Shown in pieces: positions 25,975-35,939 of a DNA stretch of 38,715 nt (the first letter of the stretch is position 1; each line of letters opens with the position of its first letter). Below the pieces are notes generated by a model. It did no database searches and was not told where the DNA came from. It saw only the letters and a program-made list of their open reading frames with translations. Made by a program: the position numbers and the translations under genes. This stretch comes from an uncultured Ectothiorhodospiraceae bacterium (lineage in GTDB: Bacteria > Pseudomonadota > Gammaproteobacteria > UBA6429 > Thiohalophilaceae). The stretch lies in contig CAMYMO010000217.1 of NCBI GenBank assembly GCA_947259425.1, positions 1-38,715 of the forward strand, read 5' to 3'.

Positions 25975-26304
25975 TTAAATCTCTTCAAGCAAATCTTCTT
26001 GCAGGTATATCTTTTCTTTAGCTGGCATTAACAGGTTCGTGGTTGCCGCGATATCAAAACCATAAAAATCTTTTAGGTATCGGTGTAGATGTCGATTGTA
26101 ATACTCTAAATGGGCTTCGATGCTTTCGACGGTTTGTCGAGCTAACTCACAGGCTTCCTGCTCAGGTAAATTAATGGTAAAGGTATTCCTGATGTAGAAA
26201 AAACCAACGTCCGTCATACTGTCTTTAATTACATTCCATAATTCATTACACACCACGTCTGGATTACTCTCTCTATCCAGGTTAATCACGATTGCATAGG
26301 CCAT
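25975..26304 (-). CDS. Hypothetical 109-aa protein, possibly VapD/Cas2-fold endoribonuclease-like
   Basis: AGGAG RBS. MAYAIVINLD...VGFFYIRNTFTI...LKDFYGFDI loosely parallels remembered VapD (MYAIAFDL...FGFVRTQGSLYT...IRAFRIEQ). The functional call is tentative. Confidence 0.4.
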   Translation of the reverse strand: MAYAIVINLDRESNPDVVCNELWNVIKDSMTDVGFFYIRNTFTINLPEQEACELARQTVESIEAHLEYYNRHLHRYLKDFYGFDIAATTNLLMPAKEKIYLQEDLLEEI

Positions 26305-26932
26305 CGCTTACTCCTACTTTTTTATTGTTTGGGGGTGGGGCAATTTTATGTGTATAGTTATCGATTGTGAATATTGAGAGACACTTTGTAACATATTTTA
26401 ATAATGGTTTTTAACCTTCGATTTTTCTGTGGTAAATGATCTGTGTTACTTTTTTTAAAAATCGTCTTGTACTCATCGTTATTAATTCAAAACCATTACA
26501 GATTTGGCCAAGGATTAAAATAGAATTAGTAATTCTGGTAGCGTACAAAGCGTGGCAAGGAAAAATCTAAAAAATGTGATCGGTAAGGTCAAGTAATGTG
26601 AGTAAAAGGTATTTTAGATGAGACACAACATGCCTTTTTTACGACGCTCGAGAAATATCATCTTGCAGATATAAATAAACGACCACAAAAAATAAAAAAC
26701 CGCTTAAACAGGGTAGCATAGTCACGAGTTCGATGTTGAGTGTTTACACCAAAAAAGTAGCTTTCCCTGGTTTACCTGTTAGCTAAGCTAGTGGACACTT
26801 ATCAAATTCTTCTAAGTCTGCGGGCTGTGATCGGCAAACGGCGAACGAAAACAATAAAGAAGGATGAAGAACAGGGTGGTTATTTAGTCGGAAATTAGTA
26901 TAGTTAGTACAAGTCACTCTCTGAACTGGTTT

Positions 26933-28213
26933 ATGATGCGTAATGTCATATTGGTAGTATTGCTAGTGATGCTTTGGCCAAAACTGGTTATGGCAGCGAA
27001 CCTGGCGGATAATACCTGGTTTGAGCAGGATGCCAGCGGCAATACGTTAATTCATGTTTATTTTTTCTGGTCAAAAAAATGTCCACATTGCCTTGAGGCA
27101 TTACCTTATCTCGAGATGCTGGCTGATGAGCAGGATTATATTCAGCTACAGTCCTACCAATTAGTTGGTGAACCGGAAAATGTCGCACGTTACCAATGGA
27201 TGATGCGCTCGCTGGATCGCGAGGCACAGTCAGTTCCCGCCTTTGTGTTTTGCAATACGGCCTTAACCGGCTACGATGCCGAGTTTTCACCTCAGCAAAT
27301 CGAAACCTTGCTTGATAAATGTCGACAACATATCGATGTGCATGGAACCTTGCTAAATTACTCCCTGTCCGAATTTGAACAAACGCAAATAGTGTTACCC
27401 TTTTTCGGTGAGGTATCGATAAGTGGCAACAGTTTGCCATTTATGACGCTGGTTATTGCCGGCGTCGATGCCTTTAATCCCTGCGCATTTTTTGTCTTAA
27501 TGTTTCTTATGAGCATGATGTTACACACACGTAAGCGTAGTCGTATGTTGTTGGTGGGTGGCGTCTTTGTGTTTATTTCTGGTTTGCTCTATTTCCTGTT
27601 TATGGCCGCCTGGTTAAATCTGTTCAAGACCATTGGCCAACTTGAAATCATTACCGTCATTGCTGCATTAATTGCCATCGTGGTTGGGGTGATCAATATC
27701 AAGGATTTTATTTGGTTCAAAAAAGGGATCTCACTGACTATTTCCGACAACACGAAACCTGCGTTATATCAACGGGCGCGCACCCTGCTACAGGCACGTT
27801 CGCTAGTGACGATGCTGGCGGCAACAATCGGGCTGGCTTTTTTTGCGAATTTGTATGAGTTTTTGTGTACGGCAGGTTTCCCAATGGTGTATACCAGAAT
27901 TTTAACCTTAAGTGAGTTATCAGACTTCCAGTACTACCTGTATTTGGGCTTTTACAATCTAATCTATATCACGCCATTGATGTTGATCGTATTACTTTTT
28001 ACCTGGACGATGGGTAAACGCCAGTTGCAGGAGACGGAAGGGCGACGCTTAAAACTCGTCTCGGGTGCAATGATGCTGGCCCTTGGCCTGGTTTTACTTA
28101 TCGACCCCAGTGTACTTCAGAACCTGATGATGACGTTATTTATATTGTTAATTGCTATCGTGTTAGCCATTGTCGTGATCAGAATTGATAAGGTCGTTGC
28201 TAATCGAAAATAG
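26933..28213 (+). CDS. Thioredoxin-domain (CPHC) fused to a polytopic membrane domain with conserved intramembrane Cys (DsbD/CcdA-like in concept)
   Basis: Signal/anchor, then 'VYFFWSKKCPHCLEALPYLE', then >=6 TM segments with 'DAFNPCAFFVL' and 'EFLCTAGFPMVY'. Confidence 0.7.
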   Translation: MMRNVILVVLLVMLWPKLVMAANLADNTWFEQDASGNTLIHVYFFWSKKCPHCLEALPYLEMLADEQDYIQLQSYQLVGEPENVARYQWMMRSLDREAQSVPAFVFCNTALTGYDAEFSPQQIETLLDKCRQHIDVHGTLLNYSLSEFEQTQIVLPFFGEVSISGNSLPFMTLVIAGVDAFNPCAFFVLMFLMSMMLHTRKRSRMLLVGGVFVFISGLLYFLFMAAWLNLFKTIGQLEIITVIAALIAIVVGVINIKDFIWFKKGISLTISDNTKPALYQRARTLLQARSLVTMLAATIGLAFFANLYEFLCTAGFPMVYTRILTLSELSDFQYYLYLGFYNLIYITPLMLIVLLFTWTMGKRQLQETEGRRLKLVSGAMMLALGLVLLIDPSVLQNLMMTLFILLIAIVLAIVVIRIDKVVANRK

Positions 28214-28300
28214 GCTACGGGAATTAATCAATACTTTTTATCAATAGGGCACTATCCAGAGTGAAAATTCCTTGAACTCATCACTCGTTTGTTTTTCGTT

Positions 28301-28330
28301 TGGGGATTAATCTACTGGGGATTAATCTAC
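28301..28330. repeat. Perfect 15-bp tandem duplication (TGGGGATTAATCTAC x2) in intergenic DNA
   Basis: Read directly: 28301-28315 is identical to 28316-28330. Confidence 0.9.
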
Positions 28331-28593
28331 TCCATGAGCCACTCAGGTTTTTAGTCACTTTTTCTCTTTCACCCGAGATTAAAATGTTCTGCCCCCCCAT
28401 TTAGCTGCCTCCATTCCACACAAAACGACTAAATACTCTTCGTAACCTATTGATAAGATAGGGAAATGAAATTTATCTAAATTGCATAAGGGGATTTCCG
28501 CTGTGATATCGCTTCACCAGATAAGAAGCCAAGAAATCAGCTTAGAAGATGATTAACACTTGGATTAAAGGCAAATTTACTGGAGATAACAAA

Positions 28594-29643
28594 ATGAAAA
28601 ATTTAGCAAAAACAGCATGGAAAAACAAAGCACTTATATCAGCAAAGAGTACGGTCATGATGGTCGTGGTTTCGCTTTCACTCGTGGGTTGCGGAGGCGG
28701 TGGAGGTGATGGGGCTGCGGGTAATCCTCAAGGTGTCGCCTCGCTTGGCATCGACCCGTTAGGTCGAGGTGACGGCTTTGATATTAGCGAAGGTAATTAT
28801 GCGGGTCGCTGTTACCAGGACGATGACCTCGAAGCGAATCGCCCGATGGGGCCTGACCCTCGTCGTGTCGCAGCTGAGGAGGCAGAGGAAATAGCATTAG
28901 CTAGTCAGACGGCGGCGGATCTGGCAAGAGCGGCACTGGAAATTGCAAAACAAGAATATGAAGACTCATTTGTTCCTCAGGCGGCACCGCCAAGAGAAGA
29001 TAGTGTATTGGCCGGGATTGCCTACATGGTAGCGGTGACCGCCGCGAGAGATGCGACCGAGAAAGCCTATAATGTCGGGCTCGATGTTCTTGCACCGGAG
29101 AAAGTGACTACCTGGGCGGATATTTTTGAACACCCAGATAAGCTTTTTAAAAGTATTGGAGAGGAATTATTAGATCCAGGTAACTATGGATTTACCTTTG
29201 ATGATACCGGTTATGGTGAGATCATCACTGATCTTGTCACGGATGTTGTAAAGAAAAAATTGTTGGCGTTGCTTAAAGACGCTCGCGACCTCGCACTTGC
29301 CGAATATAATGCCGCGGTCAATAAACTAACCCCAGAGTTACCGGAACCCGTTGCCGATCCCATTGCACAGGCAAATTATGAAGCGGCACTCGCTAATTAT
29401 GAAGCGGCGCAAGCGCAAACCATAGCGGATGCTAATGCTGCGTTTGAAGCACGCATGTTTGCTGAAACGGCGCCCTCCGATCTCCCACCTTGCGATTCAG
29501 AGGAACTCGGACAAGCTCTGTATACTGCCTTTTGCACGGGTAATTTTGTAAATCCAATCACGCCAGAGGAAGAAGCTAATGTTCCTGGCATAACTGAATC
29601 ACTAAATAATTACATAGAGGAAGTGTGCGATGCGGTGTCCTAG
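28594..29643 (+). CDS. Ala/Glu-rich predicted lipoprotein, unknown function
   Basis: GGAGA RBS then ATG 28594 (the track starts at 28549). Lipobox SLSLVGC followed by GGGGGDG. Helical Ala/Glu-rich body and four C-terminal Cys. Confidence 0.7.
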   Translation: MKNLAKTAWKNKALISAKSTVMMVVVSLSLVGCGGGGGDGAAGNPQGVASLGIDPLGRGDGFDISEGNYAGRCYQDDDLEANRPMGPDPRRVAAEEAEEIALASQTAADLARAALEIAKQEYEDSFVPQAAPPREDSVLAGIAYMVAVTAARDATEKAYNVGLDVLAPEKVTTWADIFEHPDKLFKSIGEELLDPGNYGFTFDDTGYGEIITDLVTDVVKKKLLALLKDARDLALAEYNAAVNKLTPELPEPVADPIAQANYEAALANYEAAQAQTIADANAAFEARMFAETAPSDLPPCDSEELGQALYTAFCTGNFVNPITPEEEANVPGITESLNNYIEEVCDAVS

Positions 29644-29676
29644 GTCGGTGCATGTTAAATATTAGAGGTAATCAAT

Positions 29677-29711
29677 AAAAAGGGAGGCGAGTTAAACCGC
29701 CTCCCTTTTTC
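29677..29711 (+). terminator. Rho-independent terminator
   Basis: AGGGAGGCG (29681-29689) / AGTTAAAC / CGCCTCCCT (29698-29706), followed by TTTTT. Confidence 0.85.
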
Positions 29712-30148
29712 GTGTCTTATATTTAGACTAACCGTTTCGCATATCAGTTTCATTCAAATTTATAGATTACGATTAGCTAAATAATTGTTTGCATTCACCT
29801 TATTTGTGGATATACAAGTACCGTGATTATTAAATCAGTGTGAGTATATTTATTGAATTCGTCCCTCTGTCTAATTCAACTTGCTATTATTAAACAGGGT
29901 AAAAGGATTTGAGCGGGGGGTGTTATCGTTACTTTATTCCGTATTTTATATAGGGTGAAGATCAACCTATTGTATTCGGCGAGGTTTATTGTCTTAGTTA
30001 TTTTTGGAATAAAAGTAAGGTTACGATAGTCATAATGGAAGATGCAGGCAGATATATAATAAGTAAAACTTTTTCAAAAATGACACTGTTTTCATTAGGG
30101 GATACCTTCTTGTTTAATCAGCGTTTAGGCTGCCTGCCTGACCAGGTT

Positions 30149-33019
30149 ATGCCGCGATTTTTAACCCATTTGATTTGGCTTGTACTATCCGTCGTGCTTT
30201 TCTCATTCCACGGATATACGCAGGCCGCACCAAGTATTATGCTAAGTCCAGAAGAAAAGAAGTGGCTGGCAGCCCATCCGGTTGTTCGCATTGGTGTAGA
30301 TGCTGAATATGCCCCCTATAGTTTTATTGCAGCAGATGGACGTTACCAAGGAGTGGCTCCGGATCTTATTGATCGAATCAGTCTTATCTCAGGAATACGT
30401 TTCGAAATTATCCCTAACCTGACTTGGCCGCAGATCTTACAAGGTGCAAAAGCCCGCTCATTAGATGTGGTCGCCACGGCGGTTAGGACAGAAGAACGTG
30501 ATAACTATCTTAACTTTACTGATGTTTATATACCGACACCATTAGTGATCATGACCAGAAAAAATGATGATCGCATAACGACTGCGCTAGACTTACGGGG
30601 AAAAAAAATAGCCTTAGTTAAGGGCTATTCCTCCAGTAAAAAGGTAATGAACGAGTACCCGACTATCCAACCCAATCAAGTGGATACAAGTCTGGAAGGG
30701 TTACGCGCTGTCGCAGCTGGAGTAGCCGATGCCTATGTGGGGGTACTCGGGGTCAGTGCATTCCAGGCTAGCAAGCATGGAATCATTAATCTTAAGGTAG
30801 CGGCACCGTATGAGATGGTGTTCAATGGCCAACGTATCGGCGTTCGAAAAGACTGGCCAGAATTGGTTTCAATTCTAGATAAATCGATAAAAGCAATCCC
30901 GGAAAATGAAAAAATCAGTACCTTAAAAAAATGGGTGCCAATCGATATGCGGGAAAAACAGTCGCCAGAACTTAACTTATCGGATAATGAGAAGCGTTGG
31001 TTATCGCAACACAAACAAATACGCCTTGCTATTGATCCGGATTTTGCACCGGTTGAGTTTATTGATCGGCAAGGAAATTATTCAGGTATTTCTGCGGATT
31101 ACGTCCAAAAGTTAAGTAGTAAACTTGGAATCACAATGAAGGTCGTGCCGGATATAACCTGGAGTCAAGCCCTGGATTTAGCAAAAAAAGGTGAAATAGA
31201 CGTCTTTGCTGCGATCACGCCAACCGATGAAAGAACAAAATATCTTAATTTTAGTAATCCCTACTTCAAATATCCTGTTGTGATATACACTCAAAGTGAT
31301 TTTCATGTTATCTCCGGGCTCGATAGTTTAACTCATAAAAAAATCGCAGTGGTAAAAGATTATTTTGTGCACGAACTGTTACGACAAAATCACCCTGAGC
31401 TTGAACTCATACCGTTTGACAGTACCTATGCAGGATTGTCGTCAGTCTCGACCGGACGTATTGATGCCTTTGTTGGTGATATCGCAACGGCAACTTTTGT
31501 GTTGCGAAAATATAATCTAACTAATTTAAAAATTGCTGCTCCGACCGATATTGATAGTTCAGGCCATGCCTTTGGTGTTCGTAAGGACTGGCCAGAAATG
31601 GTCGGTATTTTAAATAAAGCCATGGACTCCATGCGGCCGGAAGAACATCTTGCCATTCGACATAAATGGATAGACATTGAGGTCGAAAAATTCCCTCGCT
31701 ACTGGATATGGATAGCTTTAACAGCGGCAGGATTGGTTGTCGTATTTATTGTGCTAAGCACAGTATTGCGTATCCAGGTGCGTAACAGAACAGCAGAACT
31801 TGATCACAAAAATCAACTGTTGGAAAAGGAAAATAGTGAGCGTAAACGTGCGGAACAGGCATTAGTCGACAGTGAACAACGTCTCACCCAGTTTTTTCAT
31901 GCGACATTTGAGATGGTGTTCTTTCATGAAGGTGGGCAGATTTTGGATGTCAATCCCGCGACAATGAAAATGACAGGTTATACCCTCAATGAGCTTATTG
32001 GCAGGAATCTGTTGGAATTTGTCGAGCAAAAATCACGGTCGTTTGTAATGAGCAAAATGGCTGATGGCGGTATAGAACCTTATGAAGCAAATATTATTAC
32101 CAAATCCGGATCGATTATGCCAGTTGAAATCCATGCTGAAAATATCAATAAGGACGGTGAGGTAGCAAGAGTGGTCAGCTTACGCGATATTACTGAACGT
32201 AAAAAAAGTGAAGAAGCATTACAGCATGCTTATGATGTGCTGGAAGTTAAAGTTGAAGAGAGAACAGCTGAACTCAGTTTGGCTAATTCTAAATTGAAAG
32301 AGCTCGACCAGTTAAAGTCAATGTTTATTGCATCAGTTTCTCATGAGTTGCGCACACCCCTTAATTCTATAATCGGGTTTTCCGATATGATGATGCGAGG
32401 TACCTTTGGTGAACTTGGAGATAAATATCAGGATTACATTACACGCATCAATCATTCGGGGCAGCATTTGTTGTCACTGATTACGGATATTATTGATATT
32501 TCCAAAATAGAATCAGGTCGTATTGATCTTGAATTATCAGACTTTGAACTTCATGAGGTTGTGATCGAGGCTGTTAATAACATAAGAGAACAGGCTGAAA
32601 GTAAAGGTTTAAAGTTGGAAGTTGATATTCAGCAGGGATTGCAGCTATACACCGATAAAAGACGGTTGCTGCAATGTATTTTAAACTTTCTTAGTAATGC
32701 CGTTAAATATTCAGAAGATGGCAAGATAACTGTGTCTGCAAAAGATCGGGGTGATAAATTCATGCTTTTGGTTCGCGATACAGGTATTGGCATCAGCGAA
32801 AAGGATATGCCCAGATTGTTTGACGCGTTTGAACGGATTGACTCGCATTTACGCGTGAAGGCCGGTGGAACAGGACTAGGACTCTATCTTACTAAAAAAG
32901 TAGTTTCAGAACTGCTGCAAGGTGAGATACATGCGCAAAGTAAATTAGGCAGTGGCAGTACATTCTGGATCGAAGCATATAAAAACATTCAGCCTAAAAA
33001 GGCACTGGCTTACAGTTAG
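30149..33019 (+). CDS. Sensor histidine kinase with two periplasmic solute-binding (SBP family 3-like) domains, TM, PAS, HisKA, HATPase
   Basis: I prefer the start at MPRFLTHLIWLVLSVVLFSFHGYTQA (signal/anchor); the track starts at 30035. Two similar ~230-aa units carry 'IRIGVDAEYAPYSF' and 'IRLAIDPDFAPVEF'. TM helix YWIWIALTAAGLVVVFIVL, H-box SVSHELRTPLNSI, and G-box GGTGLGLYL. Confidence 0.85.
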   Translation: MPRFLTHLIWLVLSVVLFSFHGYTQAAPSIMLSPEEKKWLAAHPVVRIGVDAEYAPYSFIAADGRYQGVAPDLIDRISLISGIRFEIIPNLTWPQILQGAKARSLDVVATAVRTEERDNYLNFTDVYIPTPLVIMTRKNDDRITTALDLRGKKIALVKGYSSSKKVMNEYPTIQPNQVDTSLEGLRAVAAGVADAYVGVLGVSAFQASKHGIINLKVAAPYEMVFNGQRIGVRKDWPELVSILDKSIKAIPENEKISTLKKWVPIDMREKQSPELNLSDNEKRWLSQHKQIRLAIDPDFAPVEFIDRQGNYSGISADYVQKLSSKLGITMKVVPDITWSQALDLAKKGEIDVFAAITPTDERTKYLNFSNPYFKYPVVIYTQSDFHVISGLDSLTHKKIAVVKDYFVHELLRQNHPELELIPFDSTYAGLSSVSTGRIDAFVGDIATATFVLRKYNLTNLKIAAPTDIDSSGHAFGVRKDWPEMVGILNKAMDSMRPEEHLAIRHKWIDIEVEKFPRYWIWIALTAAGLVVVFIVLSTVLRIQVRNRTAELDHKNQLLEKENSERKRAEQALVDSEQRLTQFFHATFEMVFFHEGGQILDVNPATMKMTGYTLNELIGRNLLEFVEQKSRSFVMSKMADGGIEPYEANIITKSGSIMPVEIHAENINKDGEVARVVSLRDITERKKSEEALQHAYDVLEVKVEERTAELSLANSKLKELDQLKSMFIASVSHELRTPLNSIIGFSDMMMRGTFGELGDKYQDYITRINHSGQHLLSLITDIIDISKIESGRIDLELSDFELHEVVIEAVNNIREQAESKGLKLEVDIQQGLQLYTDKRRLLQCILNFLSNAVKYSEDGKITVSAKDRGDKFMLLVRDTGIGISEKDMPRLFDAFERIDSHLRVKAGGTGLGLYLTKKVVSELLQGEIHAQSKLGSGSTFWIEAYKNIQPKKALAYS

Positions 33020-33025
33020 GATAGT

Positions 33026-33400
33026 ATGATGGCGACCGTATTAGTGATCGAGGACAATCCGGATAATATGACGCTGATCTGCGATATCCTGGAGCTGAAC
33101 GACTATAAGGTATTGCAGGCGATAACGGGTATGCAGGGCGTTACCATGGCAGAACAAACGAACCCCGATTTTATTGTACTGGATATCCAACTCCCTGATA
33201 TAGATGGTTATAAGGTATTAGAAAAGATTCGCAAAAGTCAAAAGACTAAAAAAATACCGGTCATCGCGATGACATCTTATGCAATGGCAGGCGACAAAGA
33301 TTGGTTACTAAAGGCAGGATGTGATGGATACATTGAAAAGCCAATTGATTCGGGATTAGTTATACAACAAATTCAGCAGGCTATTAAGGATAAGATATGA
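33026..33400 (+). CDS. Single-domain CheY-like response regulator
   Basis: VLVIEDNPDN...IVLDIQLPDIDG...AMTSYAMAGD...GYIEKP. It starts 6 nt after the kinase stop. Confidence 0.9.
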   Translation: MMATVLVIEDNPDNMTLICDILELNDYKVLQAITGMQGVTMAEQTNPDFIVLDIQLPDIDGYKVLEKIRKSQKTKKIPVIAMTSYAMAGDKDWLLKAGCDGYIEKPIDSGLVIQQIQQAIKDKI

Positions 33401-35580
33401 AAGTACTGGTCGTAGAGGATACAGAAAACTCGAGAATCATTCTTGTTGATATTCTTAAATTTCATGGTTTCGAAGTTGACTCAGCAACCAATGGTATTGA
33501 GGGATTGGCTAAAATAAAACTGGCCAACCCTGATCTTATCGTGTCAGATATCTTAATGCCCGAAATGGATGGCTTCGAATTATGCCGTCAAATTAAAAGC
33601 GACGCTAAATTTCAAACAATTCCTTTTATCTTTTATACCGCAACTTATACTGATTCGCGTGATGAGAAACTGGCATTGTCACTCGGCGCCTCCAGGTTTG
33701 TCATTAAGCCTCAAGACCCGGAAAAATTAATCACGATTATTAACGAGGTCTGGTCCGAATACAAAGCCGGGAAAGTAGTTACCCATAAACCAACCACAAC
33801 AGATGCTGAACTTGAGCATATGCATGCTGAAGCATTGAACAGGAAGCTGAGTAATAAGTTGCTGGAACTGGAAAACAAAGAAGAAGAACTGAAGCTGGCA
33901 GCATTAGTCTTCCAGGGCAGTAGTGAGGGTATGCTCGTGACGGATGCTAACAACCACATCATTACGGTTAATCCAGCGTTTACAGACATAACGGGTTATA
34001 AACTGGATGAGGTGAAGGGTAAGAATCCAAGTATTCTTCGTTCTGATCGCCATGACGAAATATTTTATCAGTCGATGTGGCAAGAGCTGATCAATACGGG
34101 GAATTGGCAGGGCGAAATTTGGGACAAGCGTAAAAATGGAGAAATTTACCCAAAATGGTTGACTATCAACACCATTAGAGCTGTCGATGGCACAGTTTAC
34201 CAGTATGTTGCCATATTCTCAGATATAACCGAGAAGAAGCAATCTGAGGAGCTAATCTGGAAACAGGCTAATTTCGATGCGTTAACAGGCTTACCCAATC
34301 GCAATATGTTTCGCAATAGCATGGAGCAGTTGTTAAAAAGAGCAAAACGCGAAAAAATCTCGCTCGCCTTATTGTTGATTGATCTCGATTTATTCAAAGA
34401 GGTGAACGATACGCTTGGACATGATGTCGGTGATATTTTGCTACAGGAAACGGCTCGTCGCATTAGAGACTGTGTACGCGAAACCGATATTGTTGCTCGT
34501 CTGGGTGGAGATGAATTTGCCGTTGTCCTGACTGAACTTACCGGCACAAGCCATGCTAATACTATAGCCCAGAAAATTGCTGCGGATTTAGCCGAACCCT
34601 ATAAAATTGACAATGAAGTTGTGTATGTCTCAGGCAGCACTGGAATTACCCTATTTCCGGATGATGCAACCAATATCGAGGCCTTGCTTAAAAATGCAGA
34701 TCAGGCAATGTATGCAGCCAAGAAAAAAGGTCGTAACTGTTTTAGTTATTTTACCCAATCATTACAGGATACAGCCCAGGCCAGATTAAGGTTAAGCAAT
34801 GACCTACGCAACGCCTTAACTGAAAATCAATTTATCGTCTATTTCCAGCCGATTATTGATCTAAACACAGGCAGCATTCGTAAAGCCGAGGCGTTACTAA
34901 GATGGCAACATCCTGAGCGTGGTATTGTAGAGCCACTGGATTTTATACCTTTAGCAGAAGAGACTGGCCTCATTAACGATATAGGCGATTGGGTATTTCA
35001 AGAATCAATTCGATGGATTAAACAAATTTTCGGTCAATTTCAAAGTGATTGTCAGGTGAGTATCAATATGTCGCCTATTCAGTTTAGAGTTGAAGATGAA
35101 ACCTTTGAAATGAAATGGTTAGGTTATTTGCGCGAGATGGGGCTTTCAGAAAAGAATATTGCTATTGAAATTACCGAAGGTCTTTTATTACATGCTGAAA
35201 CAAGTGTTACTAATAAACTGCTATTATTGAGAGATGCAGGTATTCAGGTTGCGTTAGATGATTTTGGTACCGGATATTCATCGCTATCCTATCTTAAAAA
35301 ATTTGATATCGATTATTTAAAGATAGATCGATCGTTTGTCTATAATCTTGAAACCGATGAAAACGATATTGCGCTATCCAATGCGATTATTGTGATGGCA
35401 CATAAGCTGGGTTTAAAAGTTATTGCCGAAGGTGTAGAAACTGAAGGACAGGAGAAAATTTTAATCGAAGCCGGCTGTGATTATGCCCAGGGTTATCTGT
35501 ATTCAAAACCTATACCACCAAATGAGTTTGAAATGTTATTGGAGCGGGATCGAACAAAAAAAAAGTCGACTGTCTGTTAG
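33397..35580 (+). CDS. REC-PAS-GGDEF-EAL response regulator (c-di-GMP turnover)
   Basis: ATGA overlap with the upstream stop. Motifs VVEDTENS...SDILMPEMDG, PAS, GLPNR...RLGGDEFAVVL, EALLRW, DDFGTGYSSLSYL and EGVETE. Confidence 0.9.
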   Translation: MKVLVVEDTENSRIILVDILKFHGFEVDSATNGIEGLAKIKLANPDLIVSDILMPEMDGFELCRQIKSDAKFQTIPFIFYTATYTDSRDEKLALSLGASRFVIKPQDPEKLITIINEVWSEYKAGKVVTHKPTTTDAELEHMHAEALNRKLSNKLLELENKEEELKLAALVFQGSSEGMLVTDANNHIITVNPAFTDITGYKLDEVKGKNPSILRSDRHDEIFYQSMWQELINTGNWQGEIWDKRKNGEIYPKWLTINTIRAVDGTVYQYVAIFSDITEKKQSEELIWKQANFDALTGLPNRNMFRNSMEQLLKRAKREKISLALLLIDLDLFKEVNDTLGHDVGDILLQETARRIRDCVRETDIVARLGGDEFAVVLTELTGTSHANTIAQKIAADLAEPYKIDNEVVYVSGSTGITLFPDDATNIEALLKNADQAMYAAKKKGRNCFSYFTQSLQDTAQARLRLSNDLRNALTENQFIVYFQPIIDLNTGSIRKAEALLRWQHPERGIVEPLDFIPLAEETGLINDIGDWVFQESIRWIKQIFGQFQSDCQVSINMSPIQFRVEDETFEMKWLGYLREMGLSEKNIAIEITEGLLLHAETSVTNKLLLLRDAGIQVALDDFGTGYSSLSYLKKFDIDYLKIDRSFVYNLETDENDIALSNAIIVMAHKLGLKVIAEGVETEGQEKILIEAGCDYAQGYLYSKPIPPNEFEMLLERDRTKKKSTVC

Positions 35581-35669
35581 AAAACTCGTGATCTAAATAG
35601 CTTAATTCCCCAGTTAAAATATAATAGCTTTTTAGAATACTTAATGCTGTCAATCAATCGGCTAGGTCG

Positions 35670-35939
35670 TCATGAATTATTTACATTAGCTTTAGTAAAA
35701 AAATGTTTCACTAACTGATAAAAGCGCGTGATATGAATTGGCTTTTCACTATGAAACCGATGAATCATATAAAATGGCCATAGCCATCCTTGGTATTCCG
35801 ATAAAACCCGGACTAAACGCCAGCCGGATAATGCAGATTGAATTACAAATTCTGGTAGTAATGCAACCCCCATATCATGCATGACCATTTCAAGTGCACT
35901 CGGAAATGTGTTGGTCTTGGCAAAGTAATCTAAATTCAC
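35670..35939 (-). pseudogene. C-terminal fragment of a LysR-type transcriptional regulator (substrate-binding domain remnant)
   Basis: The 89-aa ORF '...ALEMVMHDMGVALLPEFVIQSALSGWRLVRVL...FYMIHRFHSEKPIHITRFYQLVKHF' looks like the last third of a LysR effector domain. It has no HTH, no RBS, and only a GTG start. Confidence 0.5.

Noticed and set aside
26988-27440. 150-aa minus-strand ORF.
   Set aside because: It is antisense to the thioredoxin-membrane fusion gene. It is Arg-rich and low-complexity, with no RBS or family signal.
30035-30148. 38-codon N-terminal extension of the dual-SBP kinase in the ORF track.
   Set aside because: The extension precedes a canonical signal/anchor sequence (MPRFLTHLIWLVL...) and has no RBS. 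This is kept as an uncertainty rather than a firm rejection.
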